In this document: in pieces, positions 29,753 through 42,116 of the stretch
Numbering within the stretch: the first letter of the stretch is position 1
Layout: every line of letters starts with the position of its first letter
Assembly (NCBI GenBank): GCA_964016885.1
Contig: OZ024742.1
Span: forward strand, 311,612,001-311,676,000
Origin: Eledone cirrhosa
Lineage: Eukaryota
Direction: 5' to 3'
Length of the DNA stretch: 64,000 nt
Position numbers and translations under genes: made by a program
The notes under the pieces: generated by a model
The model's database searches: none
What the model was told of the DNA's origin: nothing
What the model saw: only the letters and a program-made list of their open reading frames with translations

Positions 29753-30364
29753 CACTATTTTAGTTAGTATTTTCTTCACCCTGGCGGTTCCTGTCCCTTG
29801 TGTTCGTCTCTCCTTACTGTATTATAAGGCTCAGAAAATGTTTTCCATGACCTATTTTGATTTTAGGGGACTATTGTGAGTTTTTAATTCAATATATACT
29901 TTTGATGAATTGAGCTCCTTTGCTTTTGTAGTTTTTAATATATCGGATGGTTCTGGCTGCTATTTTTTCTAGTAGCCTTACGTTCTATTCGATCCACCCG
30001 GCACATGATAACCATGTGCTTTCTCTCTTAACACACATGTGTTATTTAGTCTTCTAAGAAATTTACTAGTGAGGAGGTTACTGGTCGTGAGTATCCGTTG
30101 AAAAACATTGCACCCGTAAATCTCTTCACTCAATTTTGCTAAACAGTTCTACTTGTAAGCTGTCCGGATACGAGATAGTTGTCATTGTAAGTTTGTATAT
30201 CTCAATTTATCCTTTTGATTTTAATATATTGTTTATATGAGTGTGTGTGTTTAGCTGTGTCTATGTCATGTGACCTAGCAATTCAACAAACCAGATATAG
30301 ATAAAAGGCACAGATCCTTTGGTCGTCTAAAAACATCTGACTGATAAAATGACAAGTTAGTCAA

Positions 30365-32260
30365 TCATATTGGCAGCCTCCCCACATTCCCGGCGGACAG
30401 AACAGAGAAGGTGTTTCCCCGGAGGACGGCAAGGGAGACGCACTGGAAAAGCCACTCCAGCTCGCGGGGCTCACAGCTGCGGCTAGCCAGCTCAGCGCCT
30501 ATGGTGGTGAGTAGGGAGGTAACTCTAGGGCCGAGGACACCAGAAGTCTCCACTGCCAAGAGTACAACCGCAAACCTGTCGAAGAGCGTCCGGTATTTGA
30601 AGAGTTTGGCCTCAGTTCGACGTGCAGCAGAACCTGGGTTAGTCGCAGACTGCACAAGGTTGCGGCTGCAGAAAGTGTCAGTGTAAGTGGCATCCCAGAC
30701 GAGGAGTTTGCCACCGCGGAACGGGAAGATGGTCATGCCATCTGGCCTTTTGCTATCCCCTCGGTCCAGCCCCACCGGCTCGAGCTGGGAAGGGAAGCCT
30801 GCAGCGTCCAAGCCATGCTTTATGACCTCGTTGAGGGGAGCATGGCGTGGAAGGCGGCCAGCACTGTGGCGACAGGAAAGCGGGGGGAGGCCGAAAGAGT
30901 CCACCGTGGATCCACAACGACATTGGTGTGGCTCGCAGATCCGGAGACCGAGCCTCAAGGAAACGCCGGTGCGCAGGCTATTGTTAGCTAGCTACGTGCC
31001 AGTGGAGAAGGAGGGCAAGGCATGGAGCCAAGCACCACTGTGGAGTTTGGAGGCCAAACGAAAACAAGCAAGGCAGTGCTGGTCGAGCTGGCGCATGAGC
31101 CTGTCTGAAGCCAGGTTGCACTGGATGGCATCCCAAATGCTTTGGGGGGACTTGACGTCAGCAGGGGGAGAAGGAGGAGGGACGTCTACTGGGCTAAGTC
31201 CCAGCCGGTTCCACGTCTCACAGGAGGCCTCACGTTCCCTGAACACAGAGGATTCTATTGTGTTTTGGAGAACCTTGCTGACGAGGACGCGACATGAGGT
31301 TACAGACGAAAGAAACGCCGGCAAAGCCAGTGAGATCGGGGACCGGAGGCCAAGGCCGCCATACCTGATAGGTAAAGTGGCCTGTTGCCATCCAATGTCG
31401 TCAAACCTGACGTTGCATATCTCCTCGGCTGCTGCTCGGATACAAGTATCGAGGTCAGCGAGGAGAGATGCGTGGGTGTAGCACGGAGCACTGCGGAGGG
31501 TAGAGAGGAGCTTCGGCATGGCGAAGCAGCTCCTCAACAAAAAGAGAGTGGGTGGCCGTCGATCAGGCCCAGTCGGCTCGTGAGGGTCTGGAGTTTTTGG
31601 AGCCTGGATCTGATGGTGGAGCGGATGGCCGGTGGGAGGATTGGTGACTCGAAGATGAGGACATCCTCTTTGGGGATCACCTGTACCTGGTGGAGAATGG
31701 ACCGCACGTCCGAGACGGCGGCTGCCAAGCTTTCAGCATCGTGGCTGACATTCACAACCTCCGACTTGGAGGAGTTGACCTGGAGGCCGATTCCCGTCAG
31801 GGCAGGAACCACCGATTGTAGGTCATGGCAGACAGTCTGTACGGGCTCACCCAACGTAGCACCATCCAGATACCAAACGTTGAGAGGCGCCGTGATACTC
31901 CGGGCGATGTAGTCGCCCTGTTGGACCCCAGTAGCCGAAGGTATGACCGTATCAGCAGAAAAGAGCATGTTCGGGCTCCATGCGACAGGTAGGCCAGCAG
32001 GTAGGCAGAGGGGGCTCGGCTGAGGCAGGCATCGAGCAGATGGTCCCGGCGTATGCAGTTAAAGGCATCCCTCATGTCAAGCTTGACAATGAGGTGCCTG
32101 GAGTCCCTGGAGACCACCTTGGCAGCCAGCCCCCGGAAGACATTGCCCAAAGCGATAGGGCGTATTCCACCTTCTTTCTTCCTGAGAGCGGTCAGGCTAG
32201 ACGAAAAAAAAGGGCCTCGGGCGTGAGGCTCCAGGGCACCATGGATAATAAAGGGCGTCA
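30365..32260 (-). pseudogene. CRE-clade (RLE-type) non-LTR retrotransposon fragment
   Basis: GGIRPIALGNVFR, KLDMRDAFN, GVQQGD, WYLDG (YLDD mutated), YGGLGL, SGAWLHALP, RLGL..C.CG..SC..RH zinc knuckle and RPDG..VWDAT restriction-like endonuclease. Frameshifted; GC-rich. Confidence 0.85.
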
Positions 32261-32358
32261 TTTGATTGAGTTCTGTGAACCATACTATCTTAGTATTTTC
32301 TTCATGCTGGCGGTTTCTATCCCTTATGATTTGAACACATATAGTCAGTGGCGGACTG

Positions 32359-32414
32359 GCCAGGTTGCCAGGTTGCCAGGTTGCCAGGTTGCCAGGTTGC
32401 CAGGTTGCCAGGTT
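32359..32414. repeat. (GCCAGGTT)7 minisatellite just inside a CAGTGGCGGACT terminus
   Basis: Seven perfect 8-mers. The same terminus is seen inverted at ~50013-50025 (AGTCCGCCACTG), suggesting a TIR transposon end. Confidence 0.8.
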
Positions 32415-32696
32415 GCCCATGGCAAGTGGGCCCCAGGGAGCCCACGGTAGCATTGCAAGAGCCCACAGTAGCATTGCAGGGCCCACTGTAGTATTTTAGG
32501 GGTCAATGCTTTGCTTTCAAAAAATACCTGAAATCTAAGAGAAAGAATAAAAAGTTTTAAAAATAAATAAAGCAATTAAGCAAACTCAACCAGTTCCCCA
32601 GGGAATTACTAGAAACCAAAACATATGATAGTGCAAACCAAATATTTGGTATCAATGGGTTAAAGACATCTGTCAAATCAATTAGTGGTGAAGGTG

Positions 32697-32734
<38 letters not shown>

Positions 32735-33120
32735 GGTGTGCTGCGTGGTTGCAAATGGGTTACATATGAATAAAATTAGTCCTTCATCAGTGATCTTCCA
32801 GCCTTCATTGGTATTTCATCGCTTTAAAGATCATAAATCCTTTCCTCGCTCACATTTCAACCAGGTTGGATGGTCTTTTTTCTCTCGTCTACGATTTCAC
32901 AGAACTTATGTTCATCGATTTCAGGGACTTGATTCCTTATTCCTCACTTTTCGTTGCATTACCATCTTTGTTTGTTTGTTTACTGTCTCGCTCGTTCCCC
33001 CTATTTACGTGTCCCAACGACTTTCTTTAGCTGTTGCTCGCACCAACCAGAGGTATATGATCTTTAAAGCGATGAAATACCAATGAAGGCTGGAAGATCA
33101 CTGATGAAGGACTAATTTTA

Positions 33121-33127
<7 letters not shown>
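32735..33127. mobile_element. Short repeat with 71-bp terminal inverted duplication, in (TA)n (relatives at 2070-2310 and 55395-56000)
   Basis: 32764-32834 is the reverse complement of 33056-33127. The arms contain CTGATGA. Confidence 0.7.
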
Positions 33128-33186
<59 letters not shown>

Positions 33187-33189
<3 letters not shown>

Positions 33190-33959
33190 CAGATTAAAGT
33201 TTAAGCAAAGAATCGCTCTTTCGCCCTTAACGGGATCTTCTGAAACTAAAACAATCAATCTGTGAACGCAGAGGTAAATATTTCAAAAAACGTTGCAACC
33301 GAAGGAAGACAGGAAGACGATACTTTGGTTCGTGGAAACGTTCCCTGGCAAAGAACGGATAAAGACAAAGATAATACGTCATAATTTGGAGCGGTGAAAA
33401 CAATTACACGAAAAGACAAAACCACTCGTATGGTATAAATGAAATCGTAGACTAATATTCTATTAGATGGTTCATAGAGACGTTCTCTGGCAATGAAGGG
33501 AAAAACAAAGATAATACCTCATTATGTGGGGCGGTGAGAACAATTGCACGCAAAGACAAAACCACGTTTATGGTATAACTGAAGTCGTAGACTAAAATTC
33601 TATTAGGAAACCGAATGATTCCCGGCTTCAGAGTGAAGAATAAAGTAAATAAATTACAAAGGTATTGAAATTAAATAGATACATGCACGCAACCATATAC
33701 GTACATACACAAGCATGAGTGAGTGTGAAAGACCAAAGGTCATTATTGAATGAAAATAACTGGATTTCGCAAATTACATAATATTTTTTATTGGGGAAGG
33801 TAAGATATTTTTCCGCAAATATTTGATTGCACTGTTTTGTTTCCACTTACGTATTTTTTGAAAGTGTCATTTATTCATTATAAAAATTAAATGATAGCAT
33901 TCTATATGTAGATGGGCCCCCTTCGTCTGGCAACCAATATTTTTAGACCTAGTTCCCCA

Positions 33960-33961
<2 letters not shown>
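33187..33961 (+). repeat. Dispersed non-coding repeat family A with ~125-bp internal subrepeats
   Basis: AACAGATTAAAGTTTAAGCAAAGAATCGCTGCTTTCACCCTTAACGGG. Copies at 2367-2470, 45535-46315, 48265-48690(-), 61540-61860(-), 62016-62120, 63168-63205(-) and 63663-63705. Confidence 0.85.
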
Positions 33962-34029
<68 letters not shown>

Positions 34030-34143
34030 CGAAGGAATTGTGGTAAGGAACCAGATGGACCATAACACACCAAAGTACTCAATACTTAGGGTAGTAGAGT
34101 GGGTAATAGGAGCAGGTAAGACCCCGACGGGGTCGTACTTGCT

Positions 34144-34245
<102 letters not shown>

Positions 34246-34851
34246 ATATATACATATATATACATACATATGTATATATATACATATATATATATGTATA
34301 TATATATATTTCGTTTCTGAATTTGTTTAGCAAGATTCTTTATCTGAAATCGTGTGTTGAAACCGATATTGTTATACTTTGGGAGGGTCATGTTGCCAAT
34401 AAGAAACACACGCACCAGTTGCTTTCACTTCAATTTATTATATATTTATAAATTTATAAATTTACAAATTTACAAACTTATAAATTTCTGGTTGGTTGGT
34501 TGGTTCCACAACCAGATAGTTGTTTATATATAGTCATAGTCCTTTCGTCACACACTCTGTGACCTCTTCAGTGACTGGGGATTCCTTTCTTTGTTTCTGT
34601 GCCTTTCCTTTCTTCTATCCTACGCCATTTTGTTTCTGTGTGTGTGTTGTGTGCTCAGTTTGCGCATGCGCCACATCCGGGTGTCTGTGTGTGTTTGTGT
34701 TCATTTATCTATTTGTTTATTTATTTATTTATTGTTGGTTGGTTGTTTGTTCTATGTGTGTGTGTGTTTTCATTTTGTCCTGTGTGTGTTTTCATTTTGT
34801 CCTTAATTGTAAGTTGTTTGTTCTATGTGTGTGTGTGTTTTCATTTTGTCC

Positions 34852-37170
34852 TTAATTGTAAGTTGTGATGTTGCTGTTCCACTCATATTTTCTATTTAAT
34901 TTTGGTTTTAATTCTTTTATGCTTACCGCCTCTGTAATTTGCCTAAACATTGCGTCTTTTCTGTGTGTGGATTCTATTTTTATTTCTATGTTCTCTAATC
35001 TACCCCTGTGTTCTATCTTAGCATGTTGGTAGAGCACAGATGATTCTTTATTATCTTGGAGGTCTCGCCAGTGTTCATCTATTCGTTCCCCTATACTACG
35101 AGCTGTCTCACCTATGTACACTATATTTTTGTTTCTACATTGTCCTTCAGTACATCTTATGCTATGCACTACATTTCTAGTTTTACAGTTAATATGGGGG
35201 CTTATTTTACAGGTTATACATTTCTTATCTATACATGAGGGTCTTTGGAACGGGTATGTCTTGCTAATAAGTGTTTTTACGGAGGTACCTGGTCTTTCTA
35301 CTATCTTAATATTGAGATTATGTTTATTTAGGGCCCTTCTAAATTTGTAGGCTAGTTCGCCTCTAGGGGTTGTATTGATGAACATTACACTCTGGTATTT
35401 ATTGCTATCATACCATGAGTTTATTCTATTGGCCTTGTTCCTAGTTCTTTCTATTCTATTCCAAAATTTGCTCCTATACAAGGGGCAGGTCCCATTTATG
35501 TCATTATTTACCATTTTTTCCCATTTGGTTCTGGCTCCTTTATACACTCTGATTCTATCTCTCTGATTGTAGCCAGAGAACTGCATACGGTGGATGAAGT
35601 GTTGTATGTGTCTCTCTAGTTCTTCGGGGTTGCACATGCGGGACACATTTCTCATCACCCGTACCAAATCCGCAATCAGTATGTTGATTTTGGTATGGTC
35701 CGAAATGGCCGAGTTTCGGTGGATCAGATGTTTGGAAGTCATGGGTTTGGCATAATGGGAATGGAGGATTTGTTTTTGGTTGTTAATAGTATCTAACCAG
35801 AGCTCTGTGTCTAGTACAGGTAATCGATGGTTGGGGTGTCTACTTGGGTAGTCTATAGTAACTCTAATGCTCTGGTGGATGGAGTTTGCTATTTGCTGGA
35901 TGCTTTCCATTGTGTTTTTCTCTAGTTCCTGACTGTTCTTTAGTGGGGGTGTCTTAACTACGATGTTTATATCATCTACGTAGCGGGAGTACATTATCAG
36001 GGTTAAGCTGTCTTCTAATTGTTCTTTAAGTTTTTGTTTAAGTCTATTGTCCCACCATACCATGAATAAGTTAGCTATGTCGCCTGCAATGCTAACACCA
36101 ATGGCTGCTCCTTCCTCTTGGGCATATGTTTTACCATTAAATTTGAACATATGTTCCTTAAGGGTTAATTTTATGCTGGCCCCTGCCGCATGTGCAATCA
36201 TTTTCTTCAGTTCATCGTGGTTTTCGGGTGTCCGTATGGCTCTGGTCCACCCGTTCCATCTATCTGTGTGGGTTTTCTTGGCCATTGAGGTAATGGTAGG
36301 TGGTCTGCCTCTTGCTGGTCTTGTAGGGCACAGGTTGCTAAGGTCATAAGTGTCTAGGTAACTATTACTATGGGTAAGCTTAAGTAGAAGTCCCAGCTCA
36401 CTGGTATCAATCCCACGGAACTCAACCTTGCTCTCGCTGATAATTTCTACGCATTTCTCCACAGCAAAATCCACGTCAATAGATGGATACAGGGACACAA
36501 CATCCATACTGCCTATTATGCAGTTTGTTAGGTCCCCAGATCGGTTACCCGCGCCGATTCTGCTGAGGAGGTCCTCCGTGCTGTCACACACATCTGGGGA
36601 CATCTCAATGATGGGGCGTATGATCAGGGAGAGGAAGTAGGACAGTCTGTAGTTACTAGCAATGTTAGCCCCACAGACTGGCCGTGTTGGTGGTCCCGCG
36701 ACAGGGTCCCAGCCCGTTTTATGGTCTTTTCGAAGCCCATACAACGCCGGCACGTCATTGTTCCAGGCCTGGAAGTTGTTGGCAGTCCTTTTGTTGGGCT
36801 GCATTATATTCGTCCACATCACCATATGGGCATTGAGGGCTTTTTCTCTATCCTCATGCTCCTGTGGTGTTACCTCTCTTGTGTTAGTGATGTGGGGTTG
36901 CATTGCCTGGATGTAGTTTGGCAGGCTGTCAACCGACATTCTGCCAGACTTGTCTGTTGGAAAACATGCTATCTCTCCATTACGCGAGCGCTGCATGAGC
37001 TTACGCAAGCCATTTGCAGATTTTTCTCCCAGTTGCTGGGCCTCTATTCTATTATGCTTCTTGCTATACTGTTCTATAATATTTCTAAGTTCGGATTTAG
37101 CTATACTAAATTGTGCTTCTGTTTGTTCATCGACCTGCGACGGCAACTGCGTGCGTTTGTTAAATGGCAA
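34852..37170 (-). CDS. PLE reverse transcriptase + GIY-YIG endonuclease (C-terminal 772 aa of a longer ORF)
   Basis: PTDKSG, LYGLRKDHK, RPVCG, SMDVVSLYPSI, GAAIG and intact SRYVDD. Then LPVLD, CIDKKCITC, VVHSIRC..VYIGETARSIGERIDEH, RQITEA and PKLN. Confidence 0.9.
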   Translation of the reverse strand: MPFNKRTQLPSQVDEQTEAQFSIAKSELRNIIEQYSKKHNRIEAQQLGEKSANGLRKLMQRSRNGEIACFPTDKSGRMSVDSLPNYIQAMQPHITNTREVTPQEHEDREKALNAHMVMWTNIMQPNKRTANNFQAWNNDVPALYGLRKDHKTGWDPVAGPPTRPVCGANIASNYRLSYFLSLIIRPIIEMSPDVCDSTEDLLSRIGAGNRSGDLTNCIIGSMDVVSLYPSIDVDFAVEKCVEIISESKVEFRGIDTSELGLLLKLTHSNSYLDTYDLSNLCPTRPARGRPPTITSMAKKTHTDRWNGWTRAIRTPENHDELKKMIAHAAGASIKLTLKEHMFKFNGKTYAQEEGAAIGVSIAGDIANLFMVWWDNRLKQKLKEQLEDSLTLIMYSRYVDDINIVVKTPPLKNSQELEKNTMESIQQIANSIHQSIRVTIDYPSRHPNHRLPVLDTELWLDTINNQKQILHSHYAKPMTSKHLIHRNSAISDHTKINILIADLVRVMRNVSRMCNPEELERHIQHFIHRMQFSGYNQRDRIRVYKGARTKWEKMVNNDINGTCPLYRSKFWNRIERTRNKANRINSWYDSNKYQSVMFINTTPRGELAYKFRRALNKHNLNIKIVERPGTSVKTLISKTYPFQRPSCIDKKCITCKISPHINCKTRNVVHSIRCTEGQCRNKNIVYIGETARSIGERIDEHWRDLQDNKESSVLYQHAKIEHRGRLENIEIKIESTHRKDAMFRQITEAVSIKELKPKLNRKYEWNSNITTYN

Positions 37171-37644
37171 AGTCGTGGCGTGGACTCGTCGTAGGTCGAA
37201 TGATTTATCGGAGGGGTTATAAAACGGAGAGTTCCAGGCTGCTGCTTTATGTTTACTAGTGCTATTATTATTGTTAGTTGTGTTATTTCTATTTCTATTT
37301 CCACCAACATCTCATGGTTGTTTCTATGTCTCTCATAATTACTCCTGTCTCTTTCCACTGGCTCAATGTTGTTATCTACCCTATTTTGTGTGTCTGTGTG
37401 TTCGTCTTGGTTATTCTCTTTGTCCTTACTCTCCCATCTCCTTTTCCTTTTAATCCTATTACTTTCTCTTATTTCTCTGATTTCTGTGCTACTGTCATTA
37501 CTTGTTTTCTGTGTCTGTGTGTTTGTTAAGATTGTGGTGGTGGTGAGAGGCATTGAATGCGTGTGTGTTGTTGTTGTTGATGTGTGTTGTTGTTGATGTG
37601 TGTTGTTGTTGTCTCCGTGTGTGTTATCGTTGTTGTGTGTGTTG

Positions 37645-38664
37645 TTATTGTTGTTTGTCTGCGTGTCTGTTGTTGTTGTATCTGGGTATGTTGCTATTGT
37701 TGTTGTTGTTGATGTGTGTGTTGTTGTTATTGTTGTCTCCGTGTGTGTTATCGTTGTTGTGTGTGTTGTTATTGTTGTTTGTGTCTGCGTGTCTGTTGTT
37801 GTTGTATCTGGGTATGTTGCTATTGTTGTTGTTGTTGATGTGTGTGTTGTTATTGTTGTTTGTGTCTGTGTGTCTGTTGTTGTTGGGATGTGTGTTGTAT
37901 ATGTGTGTGCGTATATTGTTGCTTTTGTTTTTGATGCTCCAGCGTAGTTTTGTAAATGATTTTTCTATTTCTGACAGACAACTAATCATATTTACCTTCT
38001 TGAATATCGCAAATTTGGGCGGCAGACATAACACAGACATTTCATTATTATCTATTTCCGTGTTTCCATAAATGTTGGTATTTTCATTGTTGAATTCTTC
38101 TGATAATGAGGTGTCGGCCATGTTGATACCGTCAATTTTGTCGGGATATCTATTGGTATACTCTATAGTATCCCGATTTAGCTTTGCCTGTTTAAGCCAC
38201 TTTAGTTTCCTGTTAAAGTGCCTATCACATTCTTGAGTAATGTACTGTTCTTCGGGGCGTATAAGGCTTATAAATATTAGTTTTTCTGTTGGTGTGGTGA
38301 TTTTAGCTATTTCTTGTATTAGGTTACGCTTTTGTTTTTCTTGATGACTTAATTCTCTATAGATCTTCTTTTTTATGTTTAGAATTAAAGTTCGTTTTAG
38401 CCTATCTGCTTGTTTTTTGGTGAGTTGTAATCTTCTAACTTCGGTATTGATGGTGTTGGTGTAGATTCTAGAAGTGGTGCACAGTTTTATGAAGTGTAGT
38501 TGTCGAGATGTTATGGTTTTTCGTAGACAACAGAACATGGTGGTTTTCAGTATCTTGTTAGCCTGGCTAAGGCTTACGATATTTCGTTTCTGAATTTGTT
38601 TAGCAAGATTCTTTATCTGAAATCGTGTGTTGAAACCGATATTGTTATACTTTGGGAGGGTCAT
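37645..38664 (-). CDS. N-terminal part of the PLE-3 ORF, cut off by frameshifts in an Asn/Thr/His repeat
   Basis: Starts MTLPKYNN; this ATG context is conserved in all three pLTRs and at ~49405. Contains EMSVLCLPPKFAI, equivalent to the PLE pre-RT 'L.kGlkF.p' motif. Same frame as 37170-34852. Confidence 0.7.
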   Translation of the reverse strand: MTLPKYNNIGFNTRFQIKNLAKQIQKRNIVSLSQANKILKTTMFCCLRKTITSRQLHFIKLCTTSRIYTNTINTEVRRLQLTKKQADRLKRTLILNIKKKIYRELSHQEKQKRNLIQEIAKITTPTEKLIFISLIRPEEQYITQECDRHFNRKLKWLKQAKLNRDTIEYTNRYPDKIDGINMADTSLSEEFNNENTNIYGNTEIDNNEMSVLCLPPKFAIFKKVNMISCLSEIEKSFTKLRWSIKNKSNNIRTHIYNTHPNNNRHTDTNNNNNTHINNNNNSNIPRYNNNRHADTNNNNNTHNNDNTHGDNNNNNTHINNNNNSNIPRYNNNRHADKQQ

Positions 38665-39341
38665 GTTGCCAATAAGAAACATACGCACCAGTTGCTTTCA
38701 CTTCAATTTATTATATATTTATAAATTTATAAATTTACAAATTTACAAACTTATACATTTCTGGTTGGTTGGTTGGTTCCACAACCAGATAGTTGTTTAT
38801 ATATAGTCATAGTCCTTTCGTCACACACTCTGTGACCTCTTCAGTGACTGGGGATTCCTTTCTTTGTTTCTGTGCCTTTCCTTTCTTCTATCCTACGCCA
38901 TTTTGTTTCTGTGTGTGTGTTGTGTGCTCAGTTTGCGCATGCGCCACATCCGGGTGTCTGTGTGTGTTTGTGTTCATTTATCTATTTGTTTATTTATTTA
39001 TTTATTTATTGTTGGTTGGTTGTTTGTTCTATGTGTGTGTGTGTTTTCATTTTGTCCTGTGTGTGTTTTCATTTTGTCCTTAATTGTAAGTTGTTTGTTC
39101 TATGTGTGTGTGTGTTTTCATTTTGTCCTGTGTGTGTTTTCATTTTGTCCTTAATTGTAAGTTGTGATGTTGCTGTTCCACTCATATTTTCTATTTAATT
39201 TTGGTTTTAATTCTTTTATGCTTACTGCCTCTGTAATTTGCCTAAACAACTTAGAAATATTATAGAACAGTATAGCAAGAAGCATAATAGAATAGAGGCC
39301 CAGCAACTGGGAGAAAAATCTGCAAATGGCTTGCGTAAGCT

Positions 39342-41487
39342 CATGCAGCGCTCGCGTAATGGAGAGATAGCATGTTTTCCAACAGACAAGTCTGGCAGAA
39401 TGTCGGTTGACAGCCTGCCAAACTACATCCAGGCAATGCAACCCCACATCACTAACACAAGAGAGGTAACACCACAGGAGCATGAGGATAGAGAAAAAGC
39501 CCTCAATGCCCATATGGTGATGTGGACGAATATAATGCAGCCCAACAAAAGGACTGCCAACAACTTCCAGGCCTGGAACAATGACGTGCCGGCGTTGTAT
39601 GGGCTTCGAAAAGACCATAAAACGGGCTGGGACCCTGTCGCGGGACCACCAACACGGCCAGTCTGTGGGGCTAACATTGCTAGTAACTACAGACTGTCCT
39701 ACTTCCTCTCCCTGATCATACGCCCCATCATTGAGATGTCCCCAGATGTGTGTGACAGCACGGAGGACCTCCTCAGCAGAATCGGCGCGGGTAACCGATC
39801 TGGGGACCTAACAAACTGCATAATAGGCAGTATGGATGTTGTGTCCCTGTATCCATCTATTGACGTGGATTTTGCTGTGGAGAAATGCGTAGAAATTATC
39901 AGCGAGAGCAAGGTTGAGTTCCGTGGGATTGATACCAGTGAGCTGGGACTTCTACTTAAGCTTACCCATAGTAATAGTTACCTAGACACTTATGACCTTA
40001 GCAACCTGTGCCCTACAAGACCAGCAAGAGGCAGACCACCTACCATTACCTCAATGGCCAAGAAAACCCACACAGATAGATGGAACGGGTGGACCAGAGC
40101 CATACGGACACCCGAAAACCACGATGAACTGAAGAAAATGATTGCACATGCGGCAGGGGCCAGCATAAAATTAACCCTTAAGGAACATATGTTCAAATTT
40201 AATGGTAAAACATATGCCCAAGAGGAAGGAGCAGCCATTGGTGTTAGCATTGCAGGCGACATAGCTAACTTATTCATGGTATGGTGGGACAATAGACTTA
40301 AACAAAAACTTAAAGAACAATTAGAAGACAGCTTAACCCTGATAATGTACTCCCGCTACGTAGATGATATAAACATCGTAGTTAAGACACCCCCACTAAA
40401 GAACAGTCAGGAACTAGAGAAAAACACAATGGAAAGCATCCAGCAAATAGCAAACTCCATCCACCAGAGCATTAGAGTTACTATAGACTACCCAAGTAGA
40501 CACCCCAACCATCGATTACCTGTACTAGACACAGAGCTCTGGTTAGATACTATTAACAACCAAAAACAAATCCTCCATTCCCATTATGCCAAACCCATGA
40601 CTTCCAAACATCTGATCCACCGAAACTCGGCCATTTCGGACCATACCAAAATCAACATACTGATTGCGGATTTGGTACGGGTGATGAGAAATGTGTCCCG
40701 CATGTGCAACCCCGAAGAACTAGAGAGACACATACAACACTTCATCCACCGTATGCAGTTCTCTGGCTACAATCAGAGAGATAGAATCAGAGTGTATAAA
40801 GGAGCCAGAACCAAATGGGAAAAAATGGTAAATAATGACATAAATGGGACCTGCCCCTTGTATAGGAGCAAATTTTGGAATAGAATAGAAAGAACTAGGA
40901 ACAAGGCCAATAGAATAAACTCATGGTATGATAGCAATAAATACCAGAGTGTAATGTTCATCAATACAACCCCTAGAGGCGAACTAGCCTACAAATTTAG
41001 AAGGGCCCTAAATAAACATAATCTCAATATTAAGATAGTAGAAAGACCAGGTACCTCCGTAAAAACACTTATTAGCAAGACATACCCGTTCCAAAGACCC
41101 TCATGTATAGATAAGAAATGTATAACCTGTAAAATAAGCCCCCATATTAACTGTAAAACTAGAAATGTAGTGCATAGCATAAGATGTACTGAAGGACAAT
41201 GTAGAAACAAAAATATAGTGTACATAGGTGAGACAGCTCGTAGTATAGGGGAACGAATAGATGAACACTGGCGAGACCTCCAAGATAATAAAGAATCATC
41301 TGTGCTCTACCAACATGCTAAGATAGAACACAGGGGTAGATTAGAGAACATAGAAATAAAAATAGAATCCACACACAGAAAAGACGCAATGTTTAGGCAA
41401 ATTACAGAGGCAGTAAGCATAAAAGAATTAAAACCAAAATTAAATAGAAAATATGAGTGGAACAGCAACATCACAACTTACAATTAA
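39342..41487 (+). CDS. Inverted copy of the PLE-3 RT-EN coding region (5' truncated; first ATG 39342)
   Basis: Identical translation to the minus-strand copy. The listed start at 39238 is a TTG created at the inversion junction. Confidence 0.8.
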
Positions 41488-41770
41488 GGACAAAATGAAA
41501 ACACACACACACATAGAACAAACAACTTACAATTAAGGACAAAATGAAAACACACACAGGACAAAATGAAAACACACACACACATAGAACAAACAACCAA
41601 CCAACCAACAATAAATAAATAAATAAATAAACAAATAGATAAATGAACACAAACACACACAGACACCCGGATGTGGCGCATGCGCAAACTGAGCACACAA
41701 CACACACACAGAAACAAAATGGCGTAGGATAGAAGAAAGGAAAGGCACAGAAACAAAGAAAGGAATCCCC

Positions 41771-41815
41771 AGTCACTGAAGAGGTCACAGAGTGTGTGAC
41801 GAAAGGACTATGACT
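41771..41815 (+). ncRNA. Minimal hammerhead in the PLE-3 pLTR (identical copies at 34532-34576 and 38805-38849, minus)
   Basis: AGUCA-CUGAAGA-G-GUCACA gagug UGUGAC-GAAA-G ga C-UA-UGACU. 5-bp stem I, 6-bp stem II with an extra G after A9, 2-bp stem III. Confidence 0.85.
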
Positions 41816-41973
41816 ATATATAAACAACTATCTGGTTGTGGAACCAACCAACCAACCAGAAATTTATAAGTTTGTAAATTTGTAAATTTATAAATTTATA
41901 AATATATAATAAATTGAAGTGAAAGCAACTGGTGCGTGTGTTTCTTATTGGCAACATGACCCTCCCAAAGTAT

Positions 41974-42048
<75 letters not shown>

Positions 42049-42116
42049 CATGGTTTAGCAAATAAGAAAAAGTTTCAAAATAAATTTTAAAAAATTAACT
42101 TTACTCACTATGGTTA

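Larger units (their letters stand above)
34309..41980 (-). mobile_element. Young PLE-3: pLTR-ORF-pLTR (minus, 34309-39247) plus inverted 5'-truncated copy (plus, 39248-41980)
   Basis: Three near-identical pLTRs (~34309-34950, 38580-39247, 41390-41980). The proteins of 34852-37170 and 39238-41487 are identical over their shared length. Both ends abut (TA)n. Confidence 0.95.

Noticed and set aside
37305-37320. In-frame TGA upstream of the PLE-3 RT ORF as possible selenocysteine recoding
   Set aside because: A TAG lies three codons upstream in the same frame. A 1-nt frameshift explains it better, and I recognised no SECIS.
37300-37930. Intron removing the low-complexity linker of PLE-3
   Set aside because: No suitable GT donor on the coding strand before the stop at 37645.
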